From the human T2T-CHM13v2.0 reference genome, Homo sapiens, in NCBI RefSeq assembly GCF_009914755.1, contig NC_060928.1: a stretch of 64,000 bases of DNA. One strand, 5' to 3'. How positions within the stretch are numbered: the first letter of the stretch is position 1; every line of letters starts with the position of its first letter. Under the pieces are notes generated by a model. It was not told where the DNA came from. It was given only the letters and a program-made list of their open reading frames with translations, and did no database searches. Below, piece after piece: positions 1 to 12,984 of this stretch. A program made the position numbers and the translations under genes.

Positions 1-1224
1 TGACTTTTCTACTCACCTACTATTTTTTTATCATCCCTAAATATTTTGTCTCTTATGCTTAAAGATTTTCATCAAATGGTCTATCATTTCCTTCCATCGA
101 GTTCAGGGTGCTTGCTCTGAAGGATGAGAGGAACAGGATATAGAACTGTTCCAGGTCATGGAGTTGAATAAAGGGTTGAGGAGGACATTCTAAAGTCCAG
201 CAGATACTCAGGCCCACTCCTGACAAGTATCTTCTTTCTTTGACCTTAAGAGTATAAATTTGGTGCTCTTTTTATTTATACTTTGACCATGAAATTGGGG
301 CAAGTGTACCTAAAATGCGTATTCTGGACTATTCCCATTACCAGTAGGTGGCTGTGGTAGTAAAATAATAGACTTTGGAGACATAAAAACCTTTTGGTGA
401 CACAGTCCTCCTTCATTTGTTAGCCATGAGACTGGCTGTGTCAAATTACTACCCTAAGTCTCAGAGTGCACTATATAAAATGGAGATAATACATTTAAAG
501 TTATGGTAAGGATTCAATATTTTTGCATGCTTTATTCAGTTTTGTAACTCCCAGTGGCTAGAACCACGTCTGGAGCCTAATAAATCTCAATAAATAATTA
601 TTGAATGAATGAAGGAATTAATGAATAATATATCAATTATATATGCCTATGTTAGAAAATATAGCACTTGCTGAGTGGATTACGTTTTCTCCATAAAGTC
701 TTATTAGCGTTAAAAGAAAAAATAAAGCCAATTTAAGCACATTTAATATATTTGAAAAATAATATTCCAAAAGTCTAAAATTCCCATAAGATGGGGATGT
801 AACTATTCTACATAAAATAACACTTATTTTCTCAGCTTTCTAAATATGTACTTGATTAAATTTGCTATATTCATTTTACATAAAACCCCTGGCCACTTAC
901 CAGCCGAAGGTGACCATTATATTTTGTGATTCAGAAAGCTATGTGCCTCGTGTTAATAATTACTTTTTATAAAAATAATTTTTAGCAAATGGCTACATTT
1001 TGCTTTTATGATGAATGAGGCTCAACACACGCCTGGGAGTGAAAGTATATTAGATAGGAAGACAATTAATGATGACTTGAATCGGTGATTTCAGAACCCC
1101 AGCAGGAGACTATAGTATCTAAACTGCATTCTAGGGAAGTGAGGGAAATGGAATTGCTTATATATTCTCTTCATGATCAGAACTTTTGATACAATATATC
1201 TTTAAAAACAGAGCAAACTTCATT

Positions 1225-1337
1225 TTTCCTTCATCCTTTCCTCCTTCATTCATCTGTTCCTTTCTTCCTTCCTTCTTTCCATCCCTTCTTTTTTCTCCTT
1301 TCCTTCTTCCTTATCTTCCCTTTCTTCCTTCCTTTTC
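1225..1337. repeat. CT-rich polypyrimidine low-complexity tract
   Basis: Runs of ttcc/cttt. Confidence 0.8.
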
Positions 1338-1734
1338 ATAATGTCTGTCATTCTTAAAAAACAAAAACCTAAAACATTAGGCCGTGAGAAGCCAGCAGTC
1401 TGGCTCAGTGGAAGAACCACTAGATTAGAAGACAGGAACCCCTGGCTCTGATCTCAGCTTTGCCAATGACCTTCTTGATGACCTTGAACACGTTATTTTA
1501 CCTCTCTGAGTTGCAGGTCCTAATCTGGTAAGTGAGGAGACTGTAGATAATTCTTAAGGATGTTTGCCTGTCACAAATTCATTGTCTTTATGTCCACAAC
1601 CATGGTCAGAATATCCCTAATAAGCTACTTGTCCTGATAAATTAATGATCACTTTCTTCTTTTTCACATCACTTCATCCCTGGAAGACACCTCTGAAAAC
1701 GTGTTTAGAGAGAGAGTGAAGAATGAGGGTGTAC

Positions 1735-1858
1735 CTGGCGGAGCCACCATCCTCTGCCACTTCTGAAACAAGCAGGTCTTCAGGCAGTCTCGGGGACTGA
1801 GGTTGTAAGTTTTATGTCTCGACATCAGTTCCTGCATTGGCTCCAATATTACACACAA
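1735..1858 (-). CDS. LDB2: Internal coding exon of LIM domain-binding protein 2 (LCCD region), 124 bp, starts phase 0 and ends phase 1
   Basis: Translates to LCVILEPMQELMSRHKTYNLSPRDCLKTCLFQKWQRMVAPP, the LDB/Chip conserved domain. TYNLS fits LDB2 (LDB1 has TYSLS and a compact gene). Acceptor ttcttgcAG ends at 1859; donor CCAG|GTAC starts at 1734. Confidence 0.96.
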
Positions 1859-2081
1859 CTGCAAGAAGTTCAAAGACACTGGCATTTCACTACTTCATAA
1901 CACTAATTACAATAAATAATGCTAACAGCTGGAATCAAGTAGACAGCTTTGAGAATACTTTTATTTTCCTGGTTTTGATTTTCTTTATATAAATGTGAGG
2001 AAAAATAAATATTACAAAAACTTGATTATATCTACTTAATTATCATTTATAATATATTACAGCTGAATGTGATTCACACGG

Positions 2082-2240
2082 ATACACACACAGACACACA
2101 CAAACACACACATATACGTGTACACACACACCTGTACAGACAATGGGGTGGATATATGTAGCTCTATTCTGAATTCAAATAACTCTTTCTGGTTAAAAAC
2201 AAACAAACAAAACAAAACAAAAACAAACAAACAAAAAAAA
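2082..2240. repeat. Imperfect (CA)n followed by (AAAC)n microsatellite
   Basis: acacaca runs about 2082-2131; aaac/aaaac runs about 2195-2240. Confidence 0.85.
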
Positions 2241-3324
2241 CCCCTCTTCTTTCAGCATGCTTCGATTTCTACTCTGGTTTCTGTTCTTGTTTGTATAACC
2301 ACACGCTGTGAGTTACAATGCTAGTTTATGCAGATTGGTAGTGAAATCCATCTTTTAAACTGGAGAACAGAGTGGCAACTACAGGCACTTTTTGATCTTA
2401 ACTCTTAGAAAGGTGGATGGTGAATACTATTTTATTTTTATTCATGTACTCATCTGTATTTTATGCATGATGATACTGTAAATAACATATGTCAACATTC
2501 ATTCAATGTGGGAGGTTTTTTTGTGGTTCTGCATACAGCCACCTTGTTCCTTCCTTTGGTCAGAATTTTTTCAGCCTTACTTTGGTCTAAGACATCTGAT
2601 GACAAAGATTAATGAGGAAAACAAGAAGATAAAACCATTTAGGATTGCCTTGGACTTTTCCGAATTCCTTCTCAATTGGAAGCTCATCAGAATACCACTG
2701 CATTGAGAATACTGTACTTATGAGGACAGAGACCACAATTTGGAATTGCACATTAATCACTATTGCAATTACAATGATATAAATATCGGCCATGCACCTT
2801 CTTCTGTGAAAAAGCATCACCTTTTATGAAAGACATGTGCAGTCTTCAGCGTCATCAGCCTATCTTCCTTATTAGCCCCTCCTCTTATGCAATCCCTCAT
2901 CTTGAACATGTCCCTAGAGGCCACCCTGCTTTTGGTCCTCTGAGCTCTGAGCCTTGATATCTCTGAAGACTGCACATCTCTACCTGGAATTCTTCTCTCC
3001 CCTCCTCTTGGAAAATGCTCACTCATCCTTGAAGACATAGTTACTTCTTCTGTTAAGCCTTCCTCCCAGATGTGCACCTCTCCCCACACAGGCTGAGCTG
3101 CGTGCCTCTCTTCAGTTCTCCATAGCACCCAGCTCCTTCTGCTGTATGGACTCATTCATTCATGCTATGAAACCATCTGCTTCTAAGTCTGCCTTTACCA
3201 CTAGGCCATGAATTCTTCCAAGGCTGAGACTACGCCTTTTATCTCTGTGTTCCTAGTTTAACTCAAACGAATAGATGCATTTAAAGAGTGATTCTTAGAA
3301 AGTCTGGAGGATCTTCCTATGCTG

Positions 3325-4140
3325 ACGTTTCTCGAAGTGTGATCTAAGAAACACTTCCATCAGAATCAAATGGGCTGACTGTTAAAAATTCAGATTTCAG
3401 GGCTATGCCACTTCTGTTTCATTGGGTCTTGAGGTGGGGTTCCAAATCTGTATACCCCTGTTGGGGCTCAGAAAATGATACCCCCAAGTGAAGGCCTCTG
3501 TATAAAGCAAAGTTTGTCTTTTACTTTGTCCTGCCCTACTCTGCCATCCCTCATTCGCCCCCACAGCAAGCCATAGAAACTAGAATGCCTCTTCCCCAAG
3601 GAAGGTCATAGAAACCAGAACCTATCCCCGCCAAAGGTAGACATAAAATCTAAACATATTATTCTAACTTTTCCCTGCCTTTCTGTATAAGAGCTGACCA
3701 TAAAGAAATTCTGTGACCTGCTTTGGAAGTAGGTCATAAGACCCACATTCCAGCAAGGATCCTGTCCCATATCCAGGAGGAAGGAATGCTGAACGGAGAG
3801 ACAAAGAAGAATCTGAACAGACAGGCCTTGCTGCGTTTCCCTATTCAGTTATTCCCATTAGGTCATACTCTCTTTGTCCAATCACAGTCCAACACAGTTG
3901 TGCATTCCTCATTGAGCCTAAACATAAAAATGAATCATTTTTCCTGTATCTTTGGGTCTTCATTCTCAAGGCTCCTGTGTCATGTAAAACTTTGATTCAA
4001 TAAATATGTTATACTTTTCTCTTGTTAACTTGTCTTTTGTTATAGGAGTGACCCTTATAATAGGTAAGAAAAGGAATCACACTTTTGTATCCCTATGCCC
4101 TCACATAATTCTGACAAACACGACTAGAATTTGAGGTCCA
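3325..4140. mobile_element. MER5-type hAT-Charlie relic split by an LTR (halves about 3325-3457 and 4100-4140)
   Basis: tttctcgaagtgtg...catcagaatca...tgttaaaaattcagatt; resumes as taattctga...tttgagg. Confidence 0.55.
3459..4096 (+). mobile_element. ERV1 solo LTR, MER39/MER34 family
   Basis: Begins tgttggggctcagaaaatgataccccc; repeated catagaaac motifs; aataaa near 3998. Confidence 0.75.
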
Positions 4141-4678
4141 CTTACCTATATATCCAGGGCTTTCGAACAGATAATAGAGACAGCAAGACTTGCACAAACC
4201 CCCAGTGGTGTCCAGTTCTAAATCCATCCTCTTCTCACTTCCACCAACTGTCTCATGTTCTCTTCCTTCCTTCTTAAGTCTAAGCATGATAATTATGTTT
4301 ACCTAGAAAGGTTCTTCAGTTGTTTGTACCTATTACTGACCTAAGCTTGCTTAAACCACTCACCCCATTTAAGGGCCAGCTGCACTTTTCTTTCATTTGT
4401 AATTTCTCTGGAAGACAATAAGATTAAAGCCTGAACAACACAAGGAATATGCACATCACAGGGGCCAAGACACCAACCCTAATAAACCAGGCTGTAAAGT
4501 AATGAGACCTGGGTTAGTAATGCTGGATCTTCAATCTTGCTTACTTTGATGTCCTTTTTGAAATCTAAAGTGTTAATATGGAAAAACCTGTGAAAAAGGC
4601 AAGATTACTATAGAGTTAACTCCATATTCCAACATTATGAAGACTCTGTGTGCATTACTCTGTTAAGAATTCCTTGCT

Positions 4679-5198
4679 GATCCCACTACAGGGTATATCC
4701 CCAAATGAAGATAAATCCTTCTACCAAAAGGACACCTTTACTCATATGTTCATTGCAGTACCACTCACAATAGCGAAGACGTGGAATCAACCCAAGTGCC
4801 CATCAGTGGTGGATTGGATAAAGAAAATGTGGTACACATTCACCATAGAATACTACACAGCCATAAAAAAGTACAAAATCATGTTCTTTGTAGTAACATG
4901 GATGCAGCTGGAGTCCATTATCCTAAGTGACTGAACACAAAACCAGAAAACCAAATACTGCATATTCTCACTTACAAAAGAGAGCTGAACATTGGGTACA
5001 TATGGGCACAAAGATGGGAACAATGACACTGGGCACTCCAAAAGCAGGAGGGAGGGTTGAAAAACTACCTATCAGGTACTATGTTCACTATTTGAGTGAC
5101 GGTGTCAATAGAAGCCCAAACCTCAGCATCACATAACATGCATGTGTCACAAACCTGCACATGTACTTCCTGAATCTAAAATAAAAATTGTAAAAAAA
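4679..5198 (+). mobile_element. 5'-truncated L1 (about L1PA16/17) 3' end
   Basis: ORF2 C-terminal peptide [13 protein letters not shown], 3'UTR, aataaa and A tail; degenerate TSD aagaattccttgct / aagatgctttgct. Confidence 0.88.
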
Positions 5199-5589
5199 GA
5201 TGCTTTGCTACTACAAATCAAAGTGTAAGTTACAGACTACTTCATTGCCTTTCCAAGCCATCAGTGCTCACCAGACCAAAAGGAGTGAAAGATTCCACAG
5301 TCATCTGTGCAAGTAGATTTAAGAGTGGGTTATCCCTCAAAGAAGTACCACTGCATCTATTATTAAGCAAGAATGGTAAGAAAAGCTTCAGAGAAATCCT
5401 AAAGACTAGGAAACATTTTAGAGTATTTTTTTTAGTATTTAAAACAGTTAAAAATCTTTTCAACATTTTCAAATTATTTTCATTTGGTTCATTTACCACT
5501 TATTGTAAATGAGCTTATGCTGGAGATAAAATACATGGGTGGAGTGGAACAAACATGGATTTACAAGCTAAGAAGTCTAGGTATGGATT

Positions 5590-5918
5590 ATTTATTTATT
5601 TATTTTATTATTTATTTATTTATTTATTTATTTTTTTGAGACAGTCTCGCTCTGTCGCCCAGGCTGGAGTGCAGTGGTGTGATCTTGGCTCACCGCAAGC
5701 TCTGCCTCCTGGGTTCACACCATTCTCCTGCCTCAGCCTCCTGAGTAGCTGAGACTACAGGCGCCCGCCACCACGCCCAGCTAATTTTTTGTATTTTTTT
5801 TAGTAGAGACGGGATTTCACCGTGTGTCCAGGATGGTCTCAATCTCCTGACCTCATGATCTGCCCACCTCGACCTCCCAAAGTGCTGGGATTACAGGCGT
5901 GAGCCACCACGCCCAGCC
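5590..5918 (-). mobile_element. AluY-like with (TTTA)n tail, inserted into a MIR
   Basis: Full dimeric Alu; 12-bp TSD TAGGTATGGATT at 5578-5589 and 5919-5930. Confidence 0.96.
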
Positions 5919-7633
5919 TAGGTATGGATTTTGACTCTCACTAGATATGCATCCTTGGGTAAGTTATTTAAAAACACTGGGTTTCAGTTTCACCTGCAAA
6001 ACAATACCCATCTTATATACTGTTGTGAGAATTTGAGTTAATATGTCTAATGCATGACTATTTAATAATCTGTAGATATTATTAATTATATATTAGCAAG
6101 CATGCATAGGTTGCAATACAAACTACATTTCTATTACTTTACATCAACAAACAAACATTTATTGAGCTTCCTCCTAAGTATCAAGCATTCTGCTCGGTGC
6201 TGGGGACACAAAAATGAGAATAACACAATCTCTGCCCTTAGAGGGAATCCTTAAAAATGCTTTAAGTATATTAACAAAACTATCCTGTCTTAGGAAATCA
6301 CATTCTTCCAAAGCAAGTATTTTTCATTGTACGACAAGGTAGACGATGGGGGTGACCTGTTTGGACCTAGAAAGGACTATCAGCATTGGGCATGCTATAA
6401 AATGGGAGAGTTACACTTATTGTGAGGACCCATGAGCTCATTGTCTTTTCCTTTTTTGCAGTGACTTTCCTCTCTGGGTTTTCAGCAACATTTCTTTTTC
6501 AGGTGCTAATCCTCAAAATTTATCCCTTTCCCTTTAATGTAAAAATATCTTCCCATCGCTGTAACCCACCCCAAAGGAGCTTGCATCTCTGAATGCTAAT
6601 CGAGAATCCCCAAAGTCATTTTTCTTCCAGTGGAGAGTCCGGGGCTGGAGAGGCAGCCCTCCCCTTATTCATGTATGCAAATGAGGCTTCTTCTCTGCTG
6701 CAAAGATGCAATGGCTTTGCTGGGCTCTGTGCTGTAGGTGGCAGAACTAACTCAGATAAGAGCCTGTCTTCTTTGGCAGTAAGCCAGTGCATCTTGGCAA
6801 CAGCAAAGGCCTAGGGCATTATGAAATGAAATCAGGAAGCAGGTTTGGGGAGTGGGTTCCCTTAGTTGCTAGTCAAATCCGTTGGGAGCTGCCATTCCTA
6901 CCCTCCCTGAGGTCTGAGACCCTCAAGAGAATCTGGTGAAGGCTATACAGCCTGTCTTTCAAATTTTGTACAAAATTTCTGGTGGTTGTTGAATCCTCTA
7001 TAGCCCCATCCATCGACTCTAGGAAGAGTCCCCTGTTTGTAATAAGTATGAGCCAGGTTACAAGATATATGCCTTTTCCTCATTACCCCACTCCACATAC
7101 ACATAAAAAAACACCAGTCAAATGCACATTATAGAACTGAGCATAATAACACATGGTCCTTTGATGTTGAAAAAAACTAATCTGCACAGTCAGGACAGCT
7201 ACAAAGTGCCCACTGGACTTTTTCCCTTTGCCTAAAAAGAAAGGCCAAAGACAACATGTCTGCAACATCTGCAGCAGCCTGCATGCAGGCTTGCACTTTT
7301 GTTTGGTCTCTTCCTGGGGTAGTACCGGAGTGAAGAATACCATGAGGAATCCCAGGACGCTGTGGAAAGGGAAGGGATCAGCAAGGCCCGAGATCCCTCT
7401 TTGAATATAAAACCCATAAACATGGTGTCCCTGTCAAGTCCAGATAGGATCCCTAAGAAAGCCATTGTTCATCCTGGCAAAGTTCCAAGGACACCTTTTT
7501 GCAGATTTAGTGAATGTTTTAGGTTGAGCTTGCTCTCCTATGCTTCTGACCTCTTTTTTCTGGAGATTCTGGCCCCAACACTGACCCTTTGGTATGAAAT
7601 TTTGTAATCACAACAGGAACTTGATGAATGAGT

Positions 7634-7673
7634 GGATGGATGGATGGATGGATGGATGGATGGATGGATGGAT
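7634..7673. repeat. (GGAT)n tetranucleotide microsatellite
   Basis: About 10 tandem ggat units. Confidence 0.95.
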
Positions 7674-8285
7674 AATAGATAGCTTGGCCAGATTTATAGC
7701 AAGGAGTCATTTGTTAATGACAGACAAATCAGGCATGGTCCTGTGTGCTCTGAAGTGATGAATTTGTTCATTTGATGAATAAATGATTGTCTCCTGCATG
7801 CAAAATGCTTTGCACAATGCATATGTATGTCCTGGCCAGGCAGGAAGCTCTTAGTTCAGTCCCAGGATTTCTGCCTTTTCATATTAACAGAGGACCTAAC
7901 AAATGTAGACAGTGCAGTGTTTTGCTCTTGTTTTGCTTTTCATCTGACAGTTCTCCTGGAGAAATTTGATTCTTTTCACTACACACTCATACCCATTCTT
8001 CTGGGGCATCTCATTGCCCGAATCTCAGGAACAGGTGGTGCTTGTCAGAGTTGGCTGTGAACTACAAAGCAGTATTTGATTATCTCCCAATCTAGGCTCT
8101 GTCTACCATCAACATTTTAATTCCATGTTTTTTGTGTGACATCCTATGGCCTTGAACCCTCTACTCTTTGTATGTAGGTCTCTTCAGAGTTGCTAGGTCA
8201 ACGCGTTGCTCAGACCTTTGCTTGTGTTGTTTTTTTTTTTTTCGCTTTTAAAAGGCCTTCTCTCCTCTTTCTCAGTCATCTTAAC

Positions 8286-8441
8286 TAGGATTTGGCAAAC
8301 TATGACCTGTGGACTAAATATCCGTGCTTTCTTACTGTCTATAGCTGCTTTTGTGCTACAGCAAAGCTCAGTAGTTGGACAGCCCACAAATTAAAAAATA
8401 CTCACTATCTTGTCCTTCACAGAAAGTTTGTTGACCCTTGA
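8286..8441. mobile_element. MER58-type hAT-Charlie MITE
   Basis: ggcaaactatgacctgtgg...cagaaagtttgttgacccttg termini. Confidence 0.7.
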
Positions 8442-9332
8442 ACTAAATCGGTACTATTCCAAGAAGGTGGCTGCAAATGACTTGTTACGTCTCCATAATA
8501 GGATAAAGAGCTTGAGGCAGAGCATGTTCAATTCACTGCTTACTTTATTGAGAAAGTTTTGCATTAAAAAGGTATCAGATCAACTAAACAATATGCCCAG
8601 TGAAATAGTTGAGTTATGTCCTGGAGAGAGCTCCTTTACTTGTTGCGAACCAGTCGCCCACACTAAGTCACACCATCTGAACCATTTAAGGTCCTCCAAG
8701 GTCCAGCTCAAATCCCACCTCTGTCTCCGACCATCCTATCCTGCAAGGGACTCTTTTGCTTCTATAGCACTTATCGTGAATCTTTGCACATCCCAGTGTT
8801 TATATTTGCATTAGAAATTTTCCTTTCTTGTGGCCTCGTTCACCTCTTATCTACGGCAAGCTATATTTTACTTTTCTTTTTATTTAACACGGTATTAGGT
8901 ATACTCAAATATTTGTTGAGTCATAACTTAATTAATAATATCTACAGAATGCCTAGTCTATGTCTATCCCTGGAGTATGCACCTTAAATTATTATGTCAT
9001 TAACCCTCACCCCCACCTTTTGGCCCACTTTTACAGGTGAGAAAACTCATACCCAAACCCATTAAATCATCCAGAACTAGTGATAAAGAATGTGGTTCCT
9101 ACAGTGTATCCAAGGCAGTACAGCTATTTGAAGGGCAGAGAAGAGGTTCAGTCAAGTTTCTCTGACTTCAACCCTGTACTATTAACTCGTAACTGCTATG
9201 TTGTTTACCTCTCTGAATATCAGTGGCTTAAATGACTTCTAAGATACCAAGTTCAAAGCCTTTCACTGTTTTTGTGTTTCTCTTTGCAAATGGTATTGAT
9301 CGACAGAGCTAATACATGGCAAACTTGGGGGT

Positions 9333-9425
9333 TTGAACCCAGATGAATCTGGTTCCAAAACCTACACAGAGAGGTAGGTGATGCAGAAGGGTGTAGGTTT
9401 TGGAACCAGATTCATCTGGGTTCAA
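9333..9425. repeat. Perfect 35-bp inverted repeat with 23-nt spacer
   Basis: 9333-9367 ttgaacccagatgaatctggttccaaaacctacac is the exact reverse complement of 9391-9425. Confidence 0.97.
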
Positions 9426-9590
9426 GCCCTCCAAGTCAGCCATTATCTAGCTATGTGTTCTTGGCCAAGAATTTTAGCCTCTCTGAATCTCAGTTTCCTC
9501 ATCTAGAAAATGGGGATAATACTACTTATCTCTGACAGTTTGAAACAAAGTAAGTAACCCTTAATACAAAAGCCTGGAACTAGGTCAGCA
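9391..9590 (+). mobile_element. MIR SINE
   Basis: ctgggttcaag...agctatgtg...ctctctgaatctcagtttcctcatctagaaaatggggataat core. Confidence 0.8.
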
Positions 9591-10871
9591 CGCAAAAGAT
9601 GAACACTGTTGTGATGAGAAATGCTATGGCCTTAAAGGCCAGCCCCACTGAGCCAGGCGCTCAATGTATTATGGGACTGAGAAGCTTCTTTGGGAAGTAA
9701 GTCACATGGTCTCTGGAAGTCTTAGGGTCACTAGATAACAATGAATGCCCCAAAGAGTAGTAATCAGGCCAATGGCACATGGCATTTTAGTAGCTAACGT
9801 CTCCGATAATAACCCATATTTAGAATTCAGTGATAAATACCAAATGTGCAACTCCACAGCCAGGTTTTTTCACCCTCCCCTCCCCGCCGCCCCACCGCCA
9901 GTAATTTACTCCTCTGGCTAAATCCGTACCAGAAAGACATCAGATGATGGGGGTGGGGGGAGATTAAAAAACAAACTCTTATCTAAGAGTGAAGGAGTCT
10001 CTCTAATTAAGAAACACATAATGAAAAAATATATGGAATCTAAAAGAAAAAAAAAAACAAAAAAGCAAATAATCCCCACTAAGAAGCAGATAAGAATGAA
10101 TAACAGGCATCCACATGACTAAACTCACTCTGCTCTGAAGAGGAAGAACAAGGGATAGAGGAAACACTTTCCCTTAGAAGCGATGCAAGTCCAAAACATC
10201 AGATTATGATTGAGGTTTATTTCCTGATAGGATTAAAGGTAGATTGGTTGTCAAATTCAAAACATACTCCTTTTTATCTGAAGATGCAACCGGGGGATGT
10301 GTTGCCTTTTCTCAGTCTGTTTGCAAATTGATTACTCATGAAAGTTATCGCGTCCAACCCTGGAGACAGGGTGTCCCTCCGTTCTCAGGCAGAGGAGAGT
10401 GGCGGCAGCTGTCACTCCAGTCTTGAAGGGACCATCCTTCTTCCAGAGTGATCTTTCCTGATTTCACTTTTGAGGCTGTTGGGAAGGAGGTCATTGACTG
10501 CTTTTCTGACCCACCCAGGGGAGAAGTGCTTGGACTGTTTTCCTACCCTGGGGCAGCCCTGTCAGACTAGCCAAGCTCACGATTTCTGCTGCATCCGTTA
10601 GGCCCATGAAGAGACCATTCAAGGCCCCTTCTGTTCTGTTCTTTACCTCTGATTCTACAGCCATAATTTCTCTGCCATATCTTCCTGCCTGGGCACCCCC
10701 TTCCACAATGCTTGGGTTATTTGCCTCTTTGCTCTTAGCCCTGTCTCTTCCTTCCAGCTCTGCATGGCAGGAGACAAGCCCCTGCACATTATTTCCCAGC
10801 TGTCTTTGCCAACTGGCTTCAGGCGAGGTTTGGCCAGTTGGAGGTACTCAGGGAGATTAGAGAGAAGCAGG

Positions 10872-11325
10872 TTGTGTTCATTTCTTAGGACTGCCATATC
10901 CTGGTACCACAGACTGGGTGGCTTAAAACAACAGGAATGTATGCTGTCTGTTCTGGAGGCTGGAAATCTGAAATCAAGGAGTAGGCAGGGCCGAGCTCCC
11001 TCTGAAGGCTCCCATGAAGAATCCTGCCATGTCTCATCCTAGCTGCTGGTGGCAGGCACCTGCAATCCTTGGGGCTCATTGGCTTGTAGCTGCATCACTC
11101 CAATCTCTGCCTCCATCTGCACATGGCCTTTACCCTATGTGTCTGTGTCCTCTCCTCTTCTTATAAGGACACCAGTAATTAGATTTAGGGTGCACCCTAA
11201 ATCCAGAATGATTTCATGCTGAGATCTTTAACTGATAACATCTGCAAAGACTCTACTCCCAAATAAGGTCACATTCTAAGTTTCCAGGGGAATATGAATT
11301 TTGAGGGAGCCTATTCAACCTACTC
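10872..11325 (-). mobile_element. MLT1 (about MLT1C) MaLR solo LTR
   Basis: accacagactgggtggcttaaaacaacag...ctgcaaagactctactcccaaataaggtcacattct. Confidence 0.85.
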
Positions 11326-12006
11326 TATGTTTAAGGAAATAAGGAGGGGTATTTCTTGCCTTCTCTGTAGTTCAGGTAGCCTTTTCAGCAGCTGTCATCA
11401 GACACATCCACTACAGTTCCAGCTGATACCAGGTGACCCTACACCTTCTGCCTTTGTTCTTCTAGCCCCAGGAGTGGCAATTGCTAATCTTAGTGCTTCC
11501 TCATCTTCCTGTGATTGTTTGTCCAGCTCCAACATCTTTATAAGCATATGCTATATTAAATTTCCTCTATTAAATTATGAGGTGTGGGTTTTGTTTTCCT
11601 GGGTGGACTCTGATTGACATACATAGTTTATAAGAAATTAGACAATATGTGCAAGATGAAGGACTTTGGGTGTCTGGGAGCCTCGTGTGTTGTGGCTAGG
11701 TATGCAAATTCAGCTGCGGTTCAAACTCCAGCTACTTAATAAGGGGGTGACCTTGGGCAAGTGACTTAATCTCTTGGTGTTTCAGTCTCCCCATCGGCAA
11801 GATTGGTATAACAATAGTAACTAACTAGTGGGGTAACTAGCAGAAACAAGCACATTTATTTGAGGTATTTACCTAGGTTCTGGCTTATGGAAATATACAT
11901 GTTTAATATGATTGGACTATTACCAAGAGGGGGGCAGGGGTTTCACAGAAGACACTTTAAAACTTGGCACGACCTACTTGTTAAAATTGTATAGATATTC
12001 CCCGCC

Positions 12007-12021
12007 GTGTGTGTGTGTTTG

Positions 12022-12062
<41 letters not shown>
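12007..12062. repeat. (TG)n microsatellite
   Basis: Interrupted gt run. Confidence 0.95.
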
Positions 12063-12065
<3 letters not shown>

Positions 12066-12388
12066 CAGTTGGCCCTTCTTATCTGGGGGTTCCACGTCTG
12101 TGGATTCAACCAACCACAGGTCAAAAATATTGAAAAAATAATGGATGGTTGTGTCAATACTGAATATGTACAGACTTTTTTTCTTGTCATTAGTTCCTAA
12201 ACAATGCAGTATAACAACTACTTATTTAGCATTTACATTGTATTAGGTATTATAAGTAATCTGGAGATGATTTAAAATATATGAGCAAAAGTACAAAGGC
12301 TATGTGCAAATACACGATTTTATATGGGGGATTATGGTGTCTGTGGGTCCTACAACCAATCCCCTATGGATGCTGAGGAACAACTCTA
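12066..12388. mobile_element. MER2/Tigger3a-type TcMar-Tigger element
   Basis: TA|cagttggccct...gtggattcaaccaacc...gaggaacaactc|TA with terminal inverted repeats. Confidence 0.82.
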
Positions 12389-12984
12389 TGTATCTCTGTA
12401 TATATAGAGAGAAATGTAAATATACACACACACATAACCTGAAAATTAGATTTTGATGATACAATGGATGTCTAAAAAATATTGGTCACTCTGTCTATGG
12501 TATATATAACTTGTTCTGACCATTGGGCTATTGCCTCAAATATCCCATCTGTGGGTTCTAGCAGCATCTCTAAATTCTAAGGCACAGTAGTTAGAGGTTT
12601 ACAAAAGAAAGAGGAATCATCTGCCTGGAAATACACCACAATCATTAACAAACATCTGCGGAGTGCTGTGTGTCACCTAGAGAGGTACAAGCAAATTTAT
12701 GGTAAGTTTTAAAGATTCTTATTGACGAATTATTGTCCTTCAGTTCAGCCAAGGCACTAAAAATGAAGGCCAGTGGCCCAGAATTACTCTAAATGGCCTC
12801 AGACATTGACTGTCTATTGTCTGTCACTATATTAGTCAGGATTCTTTAGAGAAACAGTACCAATGGGGTATGTATATGTACGTATGCATGTATGTACATA
12901 TTTATTTTAAGAAATTGGCTCATGTGATTTTATGGGTTACCAAGTCCCAAAATCCATAGTTTCCACAGGCTGGAAGCTGTCAAT

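Noticed and set aside
1664-1885. Stand-alone 73-aa gene
   Set aside because: Spliced LDB2 exon plus intronic flanks; the ATG lies upstream of the acceptor
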